In this document: piece by piece, positions 49,332-61,603 of the stretch | Position numbering within the stretch: the first letter of the stretch is position 1 | How the letters are laid out: every line of letters begins with the position of its first letter | NCBI RefSeq assembly: GCF_038025025.1 | Contig: NW_027117345.1 | Span: 1,488,001-1,552,000 of the forward strand | DNA: 64,000 nt | Reading direction: 5' to 3' | Source of the DNA: Phyllosticta citribraziliensis | Taxonomy: Eukaryota | Translations under genes and position numbers: made by a program | The notes under the pieces: model-generated | Database searches by the model: none | What the model saw: the letters and a program-made list of their open reading frames with translations, nothing else | What the model was told of the DNA's origin: nothing

Positions 49332-52300
49332 TTACTCGCGCCAAATGGGCGCCACAGTCTCAACAGCGCGCTCGACAATCGCGCGCACGCGATCCCTCAG
49401 CAGGCCCGAGGCTTCGACCTCGAGCGTCTCGAGCCACACCTTGGCGACCTGCTTGTCGACGCGGATCTCGACGCCCGGCACGGGTATGCCGAGGGCGTGC
49501 AGGCGCTTCAGCTCGGCCTGCTCGGCAGGCGAGAAGGACGCGTCGTCGTCGTTGTCGGTCTTTGTGAGGCCGCCAGCGATGGAGACCGTCTTTGTGTCGC
49601 TGTCGGTTGACGGGTCCTTTGTGTCGTCCGTTGCGACGGATGACGGGTCGCCGGGCTGCTGCTGCTGCTGATCGGCGGGCAGTTTTGGGTGCGTGATGGG
49701 GGTGATGTTTTGGCCGAATTGCGCTTCGAGGAACATGCAGAGGCGGTCGAAGCGCGTTTGCGGGTCGCTGAGGGCGTGGGGATTGGCTTTGGAAGTCGGG
49801 GCGGCGTGCGAGTGTGCATGCTTGGACGAAGACTCTGGACATAAAGTTAACATACAATGGCCGAGTTTGGCAGATGGTAAGGAGAGACTCACGCTTCACG
49901 GCTGCCGGACTCGTTTCGACTGTGAAGAGCACGGCGAGCACAGCGTCGGCGATGCCGTCGTTGATCATGTTGCCCTCCCACTCCACCTCTATCCGTCCGC
50001 CAGCGCGGCAGTGGATTGTCACGCAGCCCATGACTACGAAGCTGGTCGTGCTCCTGTCAATCTCTTCGTCTGCGTCTTCTTTCTTGACCCCGTTGCCATT
50101 TGTCTCGGCCTTGCCGTCAATGCCCAGGTCGTGGCTGTTGACCTGGCGGAGAGCGCCGAATGTCCCTTCCAAAGCCCAGCGAATGAGGTCGACACTTGCC
50201 GCGGCGAGCGTGAGGTGTTGCCTGCAGACAATCGTGGTGGTTGTCAGGCCTGCATACTCTCTCAGGTCTTCCGGGGCCATGAGGGACATCTTGAAGTCGT
50301 TTTGGACAAGCACGCCGCTGATGAGCTTGGACTGATCGTCTAATTCCTCTTGTGCAGTTTCGGCATCCTCTTCGTTCTTTGGGTGATGTGGTAGTGTTGG
50401 CGGTATCTGCGCAAGTTTTCCAACCACCTTGGCTACCTTGTCCGTCTTGAATGGTATGCGAAGCTCTTCGCAGTTTGCAGGCGAAAAGACCTTGACCGGT
50501 TGCTTCTTGTCCGCGTTCAGCGACAGAAGTTTAGATTTGAGGCGCATCATGTTGTGTTTCTCGCCGTGTACAAGAATCTAGGTAGGTGTGTTCCATTAGT
50601 TTGATCGTGCCATCTGAGTGGGATGCTACTTACCACAACGGGTGCAGCGACGCCCTCGATAAATTCCCTATTCTCCGTCCCGTCGACATGCGCCGCAAAA
50701 CTGAGTTCCTGAACACTACATCTTCTGGGGATCGTAATTTGCTCGTTTTCCCTACCCGGGCCCCTCCTCACCGCGTTGCCTCTTGTCATGACTGCCTGGA
50801 TTTGATCGGGTTCTTGCATGATCAATTTGCCCATGGTGCCCTCAACAGAGTAACCTGTCATGATGACTCCGTTGCGTGGGTCAGGAGCCCATCTTTCCAA
50901 CAACTCGCGACTGACGCCGTTTTGCATCATGCCGGGACTTGCAAGCATAACACAGCCCCCAACATCGTCGAAACGTTCCAGCGACTTCAGGGACCGCACA
51001 TATCTAAAGTCCCAGGGACCGGCCTTTGAAGCATCGCCGTTCTTTTCTGCCTCTTCCATGCGCTCCCTGAATAGCCTCTTGATGTTGTCGTTCATTGCAT
51101 AAACATATGTCTGGTAGACGACCATACATTTCCTTGCAATGTTTGAGGCATAATAGATGGGAATCTTTGAGTACTCATTGTGTCTTGCCCAGTACTCGTC
51201 GAGGATGAGAAGAAGCTCTTGTGCACGTCCGAGGGCGAAAACGGGGAGAAGAACGCGGCCACCCCTGTTCAAGATTCCGGTGATGGACTTCATGAGAGCC
51301 GCCTCGCGCTCTAACCGGGGAATGTGGGATGCGATTCCAAATGTACTTTCGGTGATTAAAACGTCGACCTTGACGTTTTTAGGGACCTCGGCGGAAATCA
51401 AATGTCTGTCCTCTTCTCGCGAGTAATCGCCCGTAAACAGAATCTTCAGTCCCGCAATCTCAATGAGGAACATGGCAGCACCCAGAACATGTCCAGCCGG
51501 GTAAGGTGTTATGCGAATGGAGGAGATGGTGTGTGTTGTGTAGTAGTCTATGGCTTCGATTTGGGGAAAGGTTGATAGGTGGTCGGCTTCGGTGTAGAGC
51601 TGAATTCGGGATTCGGATGAGGAGGAAATGTTGCCCACTCGAACGCTGTCCTGGATGAGCCACTTGTAGATGGCTTTTGTCGGATGGGTCATGAAAACGC
51701 GGCCCTTGAAATTCGTTTTTGCGAGGACGTATGGTAAAGAGGCAGCGTGGTCAATGTGAAAGCTGCGTGGTCAAGTCAGCCTATGGTTCGAGAGAAGTCC
51801 AAAGCAGTCGAATCGCGCGGGCCTTTGGAGCTATCTACACTGGACTGGGGGTCTGATGCGTGCGGGCTTCTTCACCACAGCATTGGGAGATGATATGCGC
51901 AGACATTCGAGTTTTATTGATGCTCATATACAGTGGCGGTGGTACAGGATACGTAGGAGAAAGAACCAAGTATTTTAGACATCATCTCCTTCCGTAGTAT
52001 CCTTTGCGCTCATGTGTCGATGCCTCCAGTCGGATATAGCCCGCGCGCAGTATGGATTCATGATTTGGGGTTCAAGTTCAAGCACAGAACGCTATGAGAG
52101 GGTTTGCTTACTGGCTGATCAATAGGACATCAACTTGACTGAGGTCAAACTCGTCGTAAAAGGGCAGAGCTGCAAGCCCATCGTATGCGGGATGCATGCC
52201 AGCATCAAGCTATCCCCAGATCAGCACGAGTTGTCCTGATGATTCCCGCAGGCCAACGCAGCCAGAACAGCATACCATGACCGTCTTGCCCTTGTATTGT

Positions 52301-52425
52301 ATGATGTGACTGGACCGGCCCACTTCGTTTCCACCTCCTAGACAGTAGAAGAGGAGCTCATCGGAGGGGTCGACGGGCTCATCGTCGCCCGGCGCCATTG
52401 CCGCAGCTTTCCGTTTTGCAGCCAT
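49332..52425 (-). CDS. YSH1: mRNA 3'-end endoribonuclease (CPSF73/Ysh1), multi-exon
   Basis: [25 protein letters not shown] metallo-beta-lactamase motif, [39 protein letters not shown] and SFAAHVD. Confidence 0.96.
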
Positions 52426-53061
52426 GTTGAGAGATGTCGAGGGTCGAGGCACCTAGCAATGCAGATGAGTGTGCGAGACAGACGCTGGCGGGCGGGCGGT
52501 CAGGTCGCGTAGGGCGGCGAGAGGGTGCACCCAGACGAGGAACTTCGGACCATGAAGCAAGTGCCGCGTTTTGCTGTGGGCGAGGTCAAATGAGGAGAGA
52601 TGGAGGTGGTAGACTAGCAGTTGAAGGTTGCTGCTCTTGAGCGCGCAGTCGCGACAGAGCTGAGGTGAGTGGGCGCGAGAAAGTCAATGCCGGCGTGGTG
52701 CGCACGACAACTGCATCAGTGCGGCTATGACATAGTATCGGCGTCGGAGAAACGGCACGCTCCGAGTTGACTGACGCGCGAGGTGTTGATTGCGACCTGG
52801 ACCTGCTCTACCGGCCGCCCGCCCAAACCTCCACCGCCGCCCACCTCATCCTCGTCCTCGTCGCCCGTCCTCAACCGCCCCCCCAGACCTCCCGTCGCCC
52901 TGCAAAGCCCACGCATTCCTTTGGACCTCACCTCCGGCTCACGGCGACGACCCCCGCGAATGATCTGCGTCTCGCGCTCAAGATAGGTCACGGTCAGAAC
53001 GGCCGGTAGGCTGCACGGAAGAGCAGCATCGCCGCTCGTGACTTCCACCTCACCGACCATC

Positions 53062-54911
53062 ATGGCGCATCAATATCCCCCGTTGCCGCCGCAGCAGCAG
53101 CAGCAGCGGCCATACTCTCCATACCCACCGACCGCGAACTCGCCCGTCCAGATGCAATCGCCCGGTGGAATAGGAATCCCTCCAGCAGCCAAACGGACAA
53201 AGCTTTCACCAAATCCCGGATCGCCATACCCGTACTCGCACAACTCGCCATACGCTTCCGTTCCTGGGACACCAATACAGGCGCATACTCCCATGCCAAC
53301 GTTCAACCAGCCCGAATATCCGCCCCAGAGTCATGACACTGCACCTCGTGGCCCGCCGCCGCCTGGCTCCATGGGCCCGCCGCAAAGGCCTGTGGAAAAG
53401 ACAGAGAAGCAGGAAAAGGAAAAGGCAACGGATCTCAATGATTTGAGTGATTCCATTGCTTCGGCCGGTATAGATCTGAGGGAGGAAGAGAACTACTTGG
53501 CGCAGACCTGGCAGAACCAACACCACCAGGCTCAGAGCCAGTCCTTTTCCGCTCAATTCACACCATCACCGTCAACTCTTTCTCCCAGCAACAGCTTCAA
53601 CGCCCTTGGGGGCAGTTTCGGCGGCCACCCAGCATTCCGTGGTGCTGGCCCCGTCAGCCAACCGCCGGTCCCGCAAAAGACAGTCGAGGACGAGTTGCAT
53701 GAGAAACACAAAGCAGCAGCCCGCGCACTAGCAGAAAACTCGCAGCAAGAGCTGAATGATCCATTCCTCAAGGCCAACAGCATCAGAAATCGAATGGGCA
53801 AGATTACCTATGCGGCCGGAATCAAGTTCAATGTCGACGGGCTTTACGACAGGATCGAGAAGAAGTCGAAAGAAATCCAGGGAGTACATGGAACATCTGC
53901 TATTGGTCCCGATGGCACTGGCATTGTTAGGGCTGAGGCCGATGCGCTCTTAGACACTAATGCTCCTTTGGTGGACATTCTTACTCTTTTGTCTCTGGCA
54001 ACCAAGGACAGGCTTCGCACCGTTCTCGAGGACTCGTTTGCTCTCGCTCGGTCTCGTCAACTGAGCTCTGATGGCGTTGTTCCGCCAGAATATGCGGATA
54101 TTGCGACTGGAACAGGACCTGAGCGCCCTGCCACTGCAGTATCAGCCTCCGCTACCAACACTGCATGGGACCAGCCCGATAGTGCTGTCAGTCCCATGAC
54201 CATGCCGAAGAAGCGTACGTCCATGGTCTCACAATTAAGGCTCTTGACTAACGACTTATAGGTGCACTCGACTCTGACACCCCGAAGAACGAGCTCTCTC
54301 GTCTCCCGACCCCCCCGACCGATACTCCCCCTACGCCTCAACCTACCATATCTTTCTCGTCAGAGGTCGCGCCCTCGTTACGCAAGCTCTTGACTGAGGA
54401 GCGCAAGCTCGAGAAGGAGCGTCTTGCGAGACGCTCAAAACGCTCATCCACCAAAGACGGCAGCAGCGGAACTCCAGGGACTCCAGCAGACCCGAACAAA
54501 CCAAATCCGTCCGACATTTACAATCAACCAAAGATGACGAAGAAGGAACGTGAAAGGATAGCCAAGGCAGGTCAGACAGAAGAGGTTTTGCACAGGGCAG
54601 CCAACACGACCGCGAACATGGCCATAGGAGGCATGAAAAAGTACAGCTGGTTGTCAGGTGGCAGTGGCTCCGGCGCTTCGACTCCGAGGTTGAATACGAA
54701 TTTGGGAGGAACGGGAAGCGCAAGTGCTGGAGCGGGCGGACAGCAAGATCGAAACCTGGTTGCAAGAGACAGAAAATGGGGCGATTGGCGCGAGGACGGA
54801 CCCAAGGGCAAAAGCATACAGATGCGGGACTTCATCGCTGCCATGGAGCTGGATGGCAACGAGAAGAAGACACTGGCGCGGGCGCTGGTAAGGTTAAAAC
54901 CCGACAACTGA
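53062..54911 (+). CDS. TAF4: TFIID subunit 4 (TAF4 family), intron 54215-54261
   Basis: P/Q-rich N-terminus; DLSDSIASAGIDLREEE; LLSLATKDRLR histone fold; HRAANTTANMAIGG.KKYSWL; IQMRDFIAAME. Confidence 0.88.
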
Positions 54912-55600
54912 GCGCTCGCGACCAGATGAGACCATGCAGTGGTCTCAACTCACAAGAACAAAAGCCGGTAGAGCTTTATTCACAGGAATACCATGAGGCC
55001 TGTCAGGCTGCGGAAATGGCAGTGGTGATGCATTATTACATGAAGGGCCGGATTTAAAAGGACTTCTGGTATCATATCAAAGTGCCAGAAATGAAGACTA
55101 CAAAAGTTGGAGTAGTCACTGAACCAAAAGATCAGCTCCTCGAGCTGCGACATATCATATACCCATTGGAGCAACTTGAAAAGTGTCCATGCGCCGCTAG
55201 TGATTCTGTCGTGCCTCGAACCTTCAAGTCTTCCTGACTTGTTTTCTACAATTCAACACTTCAAAAAAGTGCTCCGGAGCCCTGCCTTGGGCCATGTGAC
55301 AGCTCGATGTAGAACTGAGAAGAACTAGCAAGACCAAAATAAAAGCAAAGCCGAAATCGACTGCAGAAACCAGTCCAATACAAGTCCGTCCTGCAACCCC
55401 AATCTCATGCACCATTCCACGGCGTCTTTCCAGTGTCAATCGTGTCTTCCTGTCCACTCTTTCCACAAGACCTGACTGCCGTCCATCGAGACTCTCGTCT
55501 TGCTCTCCAGATCTCTACAAGACACGAGAGGCGCCGAGCAGTGGTTCAAGGGCGCTCAGCTCGAATGCCTGAAGGAACGCCCTCGTTGATCCGATTTGTC

Positions 55601-55840
55601 CTAAAACGTAGCACGAGCACACGCCGCATAGCACGTTCCATATTTCTGATTGCAACCCATGACAATCCCAGGCGCAGCGGCTGCCGGGACCGTGCCGAAG
55701 CTGAATCCCGCAGCCATGTAGCAGGTTTCGACGAGTGCAGCGCAGCCAGACTGACAGGCTGCGTACGCTTCTGGCCCGACGATGGCGGAGGCTACCATCA
55801 GGAGGAGCATGAAGGTCGGAAGTGTACAAGTGATGCGCAT
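55601..55840 (-). CDS. Small secreted six-cysteine protein (79 aa), paralog A
   Basis: Signal-peptide-like N-terminus followed by GPEAYAACQSGC...CYMAAGFSFGTV...C...YGTC...C; same Cys spacing as paralog B. Confidence 0.82.
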   Translation of the reverse strand: MRITCTLPTFMLLLMVASAIVGPEAYAACQSGCAALVETCYMAAGFSFGTVPAAAAPGIVMGCNQKYGTCYAACARATF

Positions 55841-56887
55841 TTCCTGGTCTGTGGGAGTTTTGTGGTCAGTGAAGGAAGGGTTGCAGCAGATGGGGAGATG
55901 GGGCGATAGCACCTTGATCTTGGTTTATTTTTTCGTATCGGAAAGGCGATGTTTGAGAGTCTTGGAGAGGCGATTCGGATTGATTGTGAAGTCTGAGAGG
56001 AGAGTAGGTGGCTGGCTGCGGAGTCGGGTTGCTTGGTACTTGTGGGAAAAGCCTGGCGTCTATGAACAGCGTTTTTGGAGGGATTGTAAGGAAGAGATTC
56101 GACAGTTCGATTCCGTTCGTTCTGAGGGTCTTCTTCTAGAAGAGAGAATTCTTGTGATGCGATTAAGAGCCTTAGGGAATATGATTTCGAAAGGGGAATG
56201 GTCGGCTGGCGACATTTAAATACAGACGAGGAAGGGCAGCCGTGTTCGAGCAAGCAGGACAGCGAAGGCTGTTGGTGAGTGCCCGGAGAAAGTGTGAGAC
56301 AGTGCTGGGTATATCTACATGCTTCTAGTACTTGGAACTGGACGTGAAGATTTCCAGGATCCTAATGTGTCCATGCGCCGCTTATGATTCTCTTGTCAAT
56401 TTTCATGTAATGTCTTTCTGGTAATATGGTTTCTACCTAGAGTCCGATACTTTGGGAACGCGCGAGGGCGCTGTTTAGGTTCGAGGGTTGAAGTAGTCAG
56501 AAGCAGGCAGGAGTCTTCAATATGACTGACGTCAAATCGAAATTCCATGTCCAACTCCATGTCAGGCGAACGAGCAAACCCACCATATCTGGCCAATACT
56601 GCACCGCAATTTGAACATCCCAGAAAAGGGGCCTCGAAACTCGCCATTAACGTACAGGAAAGAAACGCATGGCTGAGAAAAGGCGGTATCGCTCTCGCCA
56701 TGCATCAATGTCCAACACGAAACCTCTCCCAATCAGTGCTCCACATTCGCCGTCTGACTGAGCTTCTCACAATTCGTCAACCGCGCATCATCCTCCAATC
56801 TACCTTTCCAAGACATGGGGGATCCGGCGACAGATACTTGCCCCGCTGCGCTCAACAAGAACCAGTTGCGCATTCAAATCGCCCGTC

Positions 56888-57148
56888 TCAAGGCGTAGGC
56901 GCCAGCAAGACACCTGCGCATGCCGCCTGGCAAGATCCATATGCCGTGTTGCACGCCGCAATGGCGGGCGGAGCGGCCGCAGCCAGGACCGTTCCGAAGG
57001 TGAAGCCGGCGGCGCCGTAGCAGGCGACGACGATCCCAGCGCATCCGGCTTGACAGAGGCCGTACGCTGCTGGGCCGGCTGTTGTGAGTGATGGTAGGGA
57101 GAGAAGAAGGGCAGCGGAGGTCAGGGAAGTGGATTTGTTGAGGCGCAT
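56888..57148 (-). CDS. Small secreted six-cysteine protein (86 aa), paralog B; probable 5'UTR intron 57227-57166
   Basis: Signal peptide followed by GPAAYGLCQAGCAGIVVACYGAAGFTFGTV...ACNTAYGSCQAAC...LLAPTP. Upstream GTAAGC...CTAAC...CAG intron signals. Confidence 0.88.
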   Translation of the reverse strand: MRLNKSTSLTSAALLLSLPSLTTAGPAAYGLCQAGCAGIVVACYGAAGFTFGTVLAAAAPPAIAACNTAYGSCQAACAGVLLAPTP

Positions 57149-58070
57149 GTTGGTTGTCGGTTTGTCTGTGGTGGCGGGTTAGTATATCAGTGGATTTGCG
57201 GTGATAGGGGTGATAGGAGACGCTTACCTGGACTTGGTATTGTCTCGCTCGCTGAGGAGGTCGTGATTTTTTCGCTCAGTGGTCTGGCTTGCCTGGGCTT
57301 TGGACTTTTGTTTGAGAGACCATAAGGGGCCTGAAGTCGAAAAATGATCACACGAAATTTTCTACATATATAGTGTTGAAGCCGCCAGGAAGACAAGACT
57401 GCGTACAGAAAGTGCCAGAATTCCGAACCGAAACATGCAGAGAGCTTCACACAGTAGACCAAAGCTTGCCGCCGCCATAACCCACCCTTTTCAGAGATAA
57501 GCAGTGCCCGAGGAGTCATCTGTTTCGCAAGTAAGTCAAGCTAGAGCCAGGCCATACTCCAATGAGCAGTTGTGGATGCGCAGGAGCTGTGAGAGACAAA
57601 CTTTTTCATGTGGCACGTGAAGCGAAAATGGAAGTTGAGAGGTTGGCATTGCGGATGGCGCGGAGAGGTTATTGAGATAATCTTGCTCCAGTTCCGTGGA
57701 GCAGGATTGCAAAACACCAGCTGTAGCCTGTGGGCTGTGGGTGACGCGTTCGCAGAGTCCCGGAGCTGTGGTTGAGTAGTCTACAAGGAAACTTTATCTC
57801 ATGTTTGAAATCGGCAGATGCTTTGCTGAGATCATCGCCGTCTCCACTTTCATCGCAAGTGATATACGTATGTGAAGGACGAGTGAGATCCCGATGTAAT
57901 GATAAGTACTCAGATGGATTTGAATTTCTGCCTCAAGGTCGGCATCGGGTATACTACATTTCTCTATGTAGTGGAACAAAGGCGTAGCGTTCTGAGTTGC
58001 CTGAATTGACGAAGAGCCAACATTTCCCACTCGTCACAAACGCAGGACATAGGAGCAGTTTGCGTCCAGC

Positions 58071-60135
58071 CTATTTTGCCAAAAAGCCTTGGAAAGCCTT
58101 TTGGTCAATGACGACGCTGCCAACAGCCCTCATCTTCTTCTTTCCCTCCTTTTGCTTCTCGAGCAGTTTGCGGCGGCGCGACACGTCACTGGCGTGCAAC
58201 TTGGCGAGGACGTCCTTGCGGAAAGGCTTAATGCTCTCACGGGCGACAATGCGCTTGCCGACAGCAGCCTGGATGACGACCTCGAACATTTGGCGCTCGA
58301 CGTGCTCCTTGAACTTGCGCACCCAATCGCGGCCTATGCGGTCCACCTGTGACGCGTGCACCACGCGCGCCACGGCGTCGACGGGCTCCTTGTTGACCAG
58401 CAACTGCAGCTTTTGCACGTTGGCCGGCCGGAACCCGGCATCCTCGTAGTCAAGCGTTGCGTAGCCCTTTGTGCTGCCTTTGAGCTTGCCGAAAAAGTCG
58501 TCGACCAGCTGCGCTAGTGGAATGTCGTATTTGAGAATGACCTGGGTCGCGGTGAAGAAGGTGAGCTCGACCTGGCTGCCGCGGTTGGACTCGCAGAGCT
58601 CGATGACCGGGCCAATGTATTCTTCAGGCATGGTAATCGTTGCCGTGACGTAGGGCTCTTGTATTTCTTCCACTTTGGTGTGGCGATCTTGATCGTCGGG
58701 GAACGCATTGGGGTTGGTGATGATGGCTTCGGTGCCGTCTTTGTACATAACCTTGGTCGGGACGCTCGGTGGGGTGATGATGATGCTGGCACCGTGCTCT
58801 TGACGCAGCCGGTCTTCGAAGACGGAGCAGTGAAGCGTTCCAAGGAAACCAAGACGCCAGCCAGCGCCCAGCGCATCCGATGACTCTTTGGCCACCGTCA
58901 CACTGCGGTCGTTCAGGACGATTTGGTGGATGCTATCTTCAAGGTGCTCAAAGTTGGATTGGTCGACCGGGTAAGCGGCAACGAAGACCATGGCCTTGGG
59001 CTCCTCGAAGCCTGGCAATAGCTCGACTTGATTCCTGGTGGCCACGTGGGTGTAGGTGTCGCCGACTTTGGCCTCCTGCGAGCGCTTCATGCCCGGATTG
59101 AAATAGATGTATCCGACTTGTCCAGCACGGAGTACCGCCTGGGGCGTTTGGTCAGGATACATGATTCCGACTTCGCCAACGATGTACTTGAGGCCCGTCA
59201 CGAGCGAAATGATCTGATCTCCTGATTTTACTTGGCCGTCAAAGATCCGCACAAGTAGGATGACGCCCTTGTAGTTGCTGTACCAAGAATCGACCAGCAG
59301 CAATCTCAGCGGTTTGGTGTGGTCGCCTTGAGGTGCTGGGATTTTCTCGATGACGTTCGGCAGCAGCTTCTCAACGCCCAGGCCCGTCTTTGCAGAGCAT
59401 CGCACCGCGTTCTCCGTGTCTAGTTCGAATGTTTCTTTCATCTGCTCGAGAGCACGGTCTGGATCTGCCGAGGGCAAGTCTACCTTGTTGATGACTGGGA
59501 CGAGCGTCAGACCTTGGGCGAAGGCGAGGTAGAAGTTTGCCACCGTTTGTGCCTGGACACCTTGGCTGGCATCAACGAGAAGAAGAGCTGCTACTGTCAG
59601 CCTGGATCTTATCGTTCGTAGTATTGCTTGGATACAGACCTCCTCCGCAACTGGCATAACTCCTACTAACTTCAGCTCTGAAGTCGACATGGCCTGGCGT
59701 GTCGACAAGGTGCAGTAGATAGTCTTCCCCTTTGTAATTGTAAAGCATGGTACACGTCTGGGCCTTTACGGTGATTCCACGCTCGCGTTCGACGTCTAGC
59801 TTGTCCAAAATCTGCTTGTTGCTGCCAGGCTCGATGGTGCCCGTGTGCTCGAGCAGGCGGTCGGAGAGCGTGCTCTTGCCATGGTCGACGTGGGCGACGA
59901 TACAAAAGTTGCGAAAACGATCGATTGGAATGGCGGCGATGCGCTTTTCGATGTCGGACTGGATGTGGACATTTCCTTTGGCGGCAAGATGATGGGTGGA
60001 GGAGGAGAAGGTTCGGTGGTTGCGCAAAAGCGGCGAAGACTGTGGTCGAGCCCGAAAGATGGGGAAATTAGGGCGGCTCGACGAGCCTTGCCATGGCCGC
60101 AGAAGGCGTTCGGCGGCACGAAAGCATTGTCGCAT
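58071..60135 (-). CDS. GUF1: Mitochondrial translation GTPase Guf1 (LepA/EF4), one intron near 59639-59592
   Basis: Arg/Ser-rich presequence; [66 protein letters not shown]. Confidence 0.96.
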
Positions 60136-60700
60136 GGGGATCAGATGAGAGCTGACATGGAGCAGTTGACGACGTTGAGAGCTGGAGCTGTTGAAAAATG
60201 TGGGATTCGGAGGTCGGAGATGCGGCGGCGCGTGTGGCGCGGAGACGTGCAACGCGCACTTGGAATTGGGGCGCAATGAAGCAAAAACGGGAATTTAATT
60301 TGAACACGGAGTAGATGCTGGATACTCCTACGGCACTAATTCTCTTGCTAGAATTTCTCACCAATTACACTGCAGGCTCATAGTTGAGGCTGTACTATTC
60401 ACCTTCACGTGGTTGCCGAGCCAACGAAGTATACAAGCTTGGCGAGAAGGCCATGTCGACCTCACCTCTCCACCTCTCTCTATCCAACCATCCACAACGT
60501 AGCCCCCATCCGTGCATCCACCCCGGACGCCTGTGCATATCCATCAAGAGCAAGGAAAGAAGAGCCCCACTGCTACACAGCCGAGTTTGCGGTTTCACCC
60601 AATTCGCGACACAGTCGAACCGGCTCAACTATTCGTGCGGCAATCCGTTTGGGAGAAAACCTTGTCAAAAGGGAGACGGAAGCGGATTCGGAAAGAGAAA

Positions 60701-61603
60701 ATGTCTGCAGACAAGGAAAAGCCAAGAAAGTCGACCAAGACGACCAGCTCCAAGGAAAAATCGACGTCGGGAGAGAAGCGCGTCAAGAAGAGCAGCGCAA
60801 CATCAAAAGACGATGCCAACGCCAAAACGCACAAGCTGGCGCTGAAAGGCTCGTCCAAGATTGTGTCCGAATTCGTGAGATCCCAAGTAGCAACCACCAA
60901 GGAACTATCCTAACGCAACGTACCACAGTTTGAATACTCGATCCACAGTATTCTGTTCCAGCGCGGCGTGTACCCGGCTGAGGACTTTAGCCCGGTCAAA
61001 AAGTACGGGCTGACGATGATGGTGTCGGCCGACGACCAGGTGCAGGCGTACATCAAGAAGATCATGACGCAGCTGCGCAAGTGGATGCAGGGCGCCAAGA
61101 TCAACAAGCTCGTCATCGTCGTCACGTCGCGCGAGACAGGCGAGCACGTCGAGCGCTGGCAATTCGACATCGACATCTTCGGCAAGACGAAGCCTGCTCC
61201 AGCCGCAAAACCGTCTCCCTCGCCGTCTGCATCAACGCCCGCGGCAGCAGCCGCCGACGATGACCAAACCGAAAACAACAACGAGGACGAGAACGACGAA
61301 GCCAGCAAACAGCAAAGACCACGCGACCCGTCACCACCCAAGGAAAAGACAGAAGCCGAGATTCAGTCAGAGATCCAGTCGCTCTTCCGGCAGATCACGG
61401 CGTCGGTGACGTTCTTGCCCATGCTCGACGGCAACTGCACTTTCAACGTGCTCGTCTACGCCGACGCCGACTCGGACGTGCCCGTCGAGTGGGGCGACTC
61501 GGACGCCAAGGAGATCGAGGGCGGCGAAAAGGTCCAGCTGCGTAGTTTCAGCACCTCTCAGCACAAGGTCGACACCGTCGTCAGTTATCGCATGGCGGAC
61601 TAG
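60701..61603 (+). CDS. MAD2: Spindle checkpoint HORMA protein Mad2, one intron near 60875-60928
   Basis: [74 protein letters not shown]. Confidence 0.96.

Noticed and set aside
57221..57231. CTTACCTGG resembling the U1 snRNA 5' end
   Set aside because: It is the reverse complement of a 5'UTR intron donor (CAG/GTAAGC) of the cysteine-rich gene; no U1 stem-loops follow.
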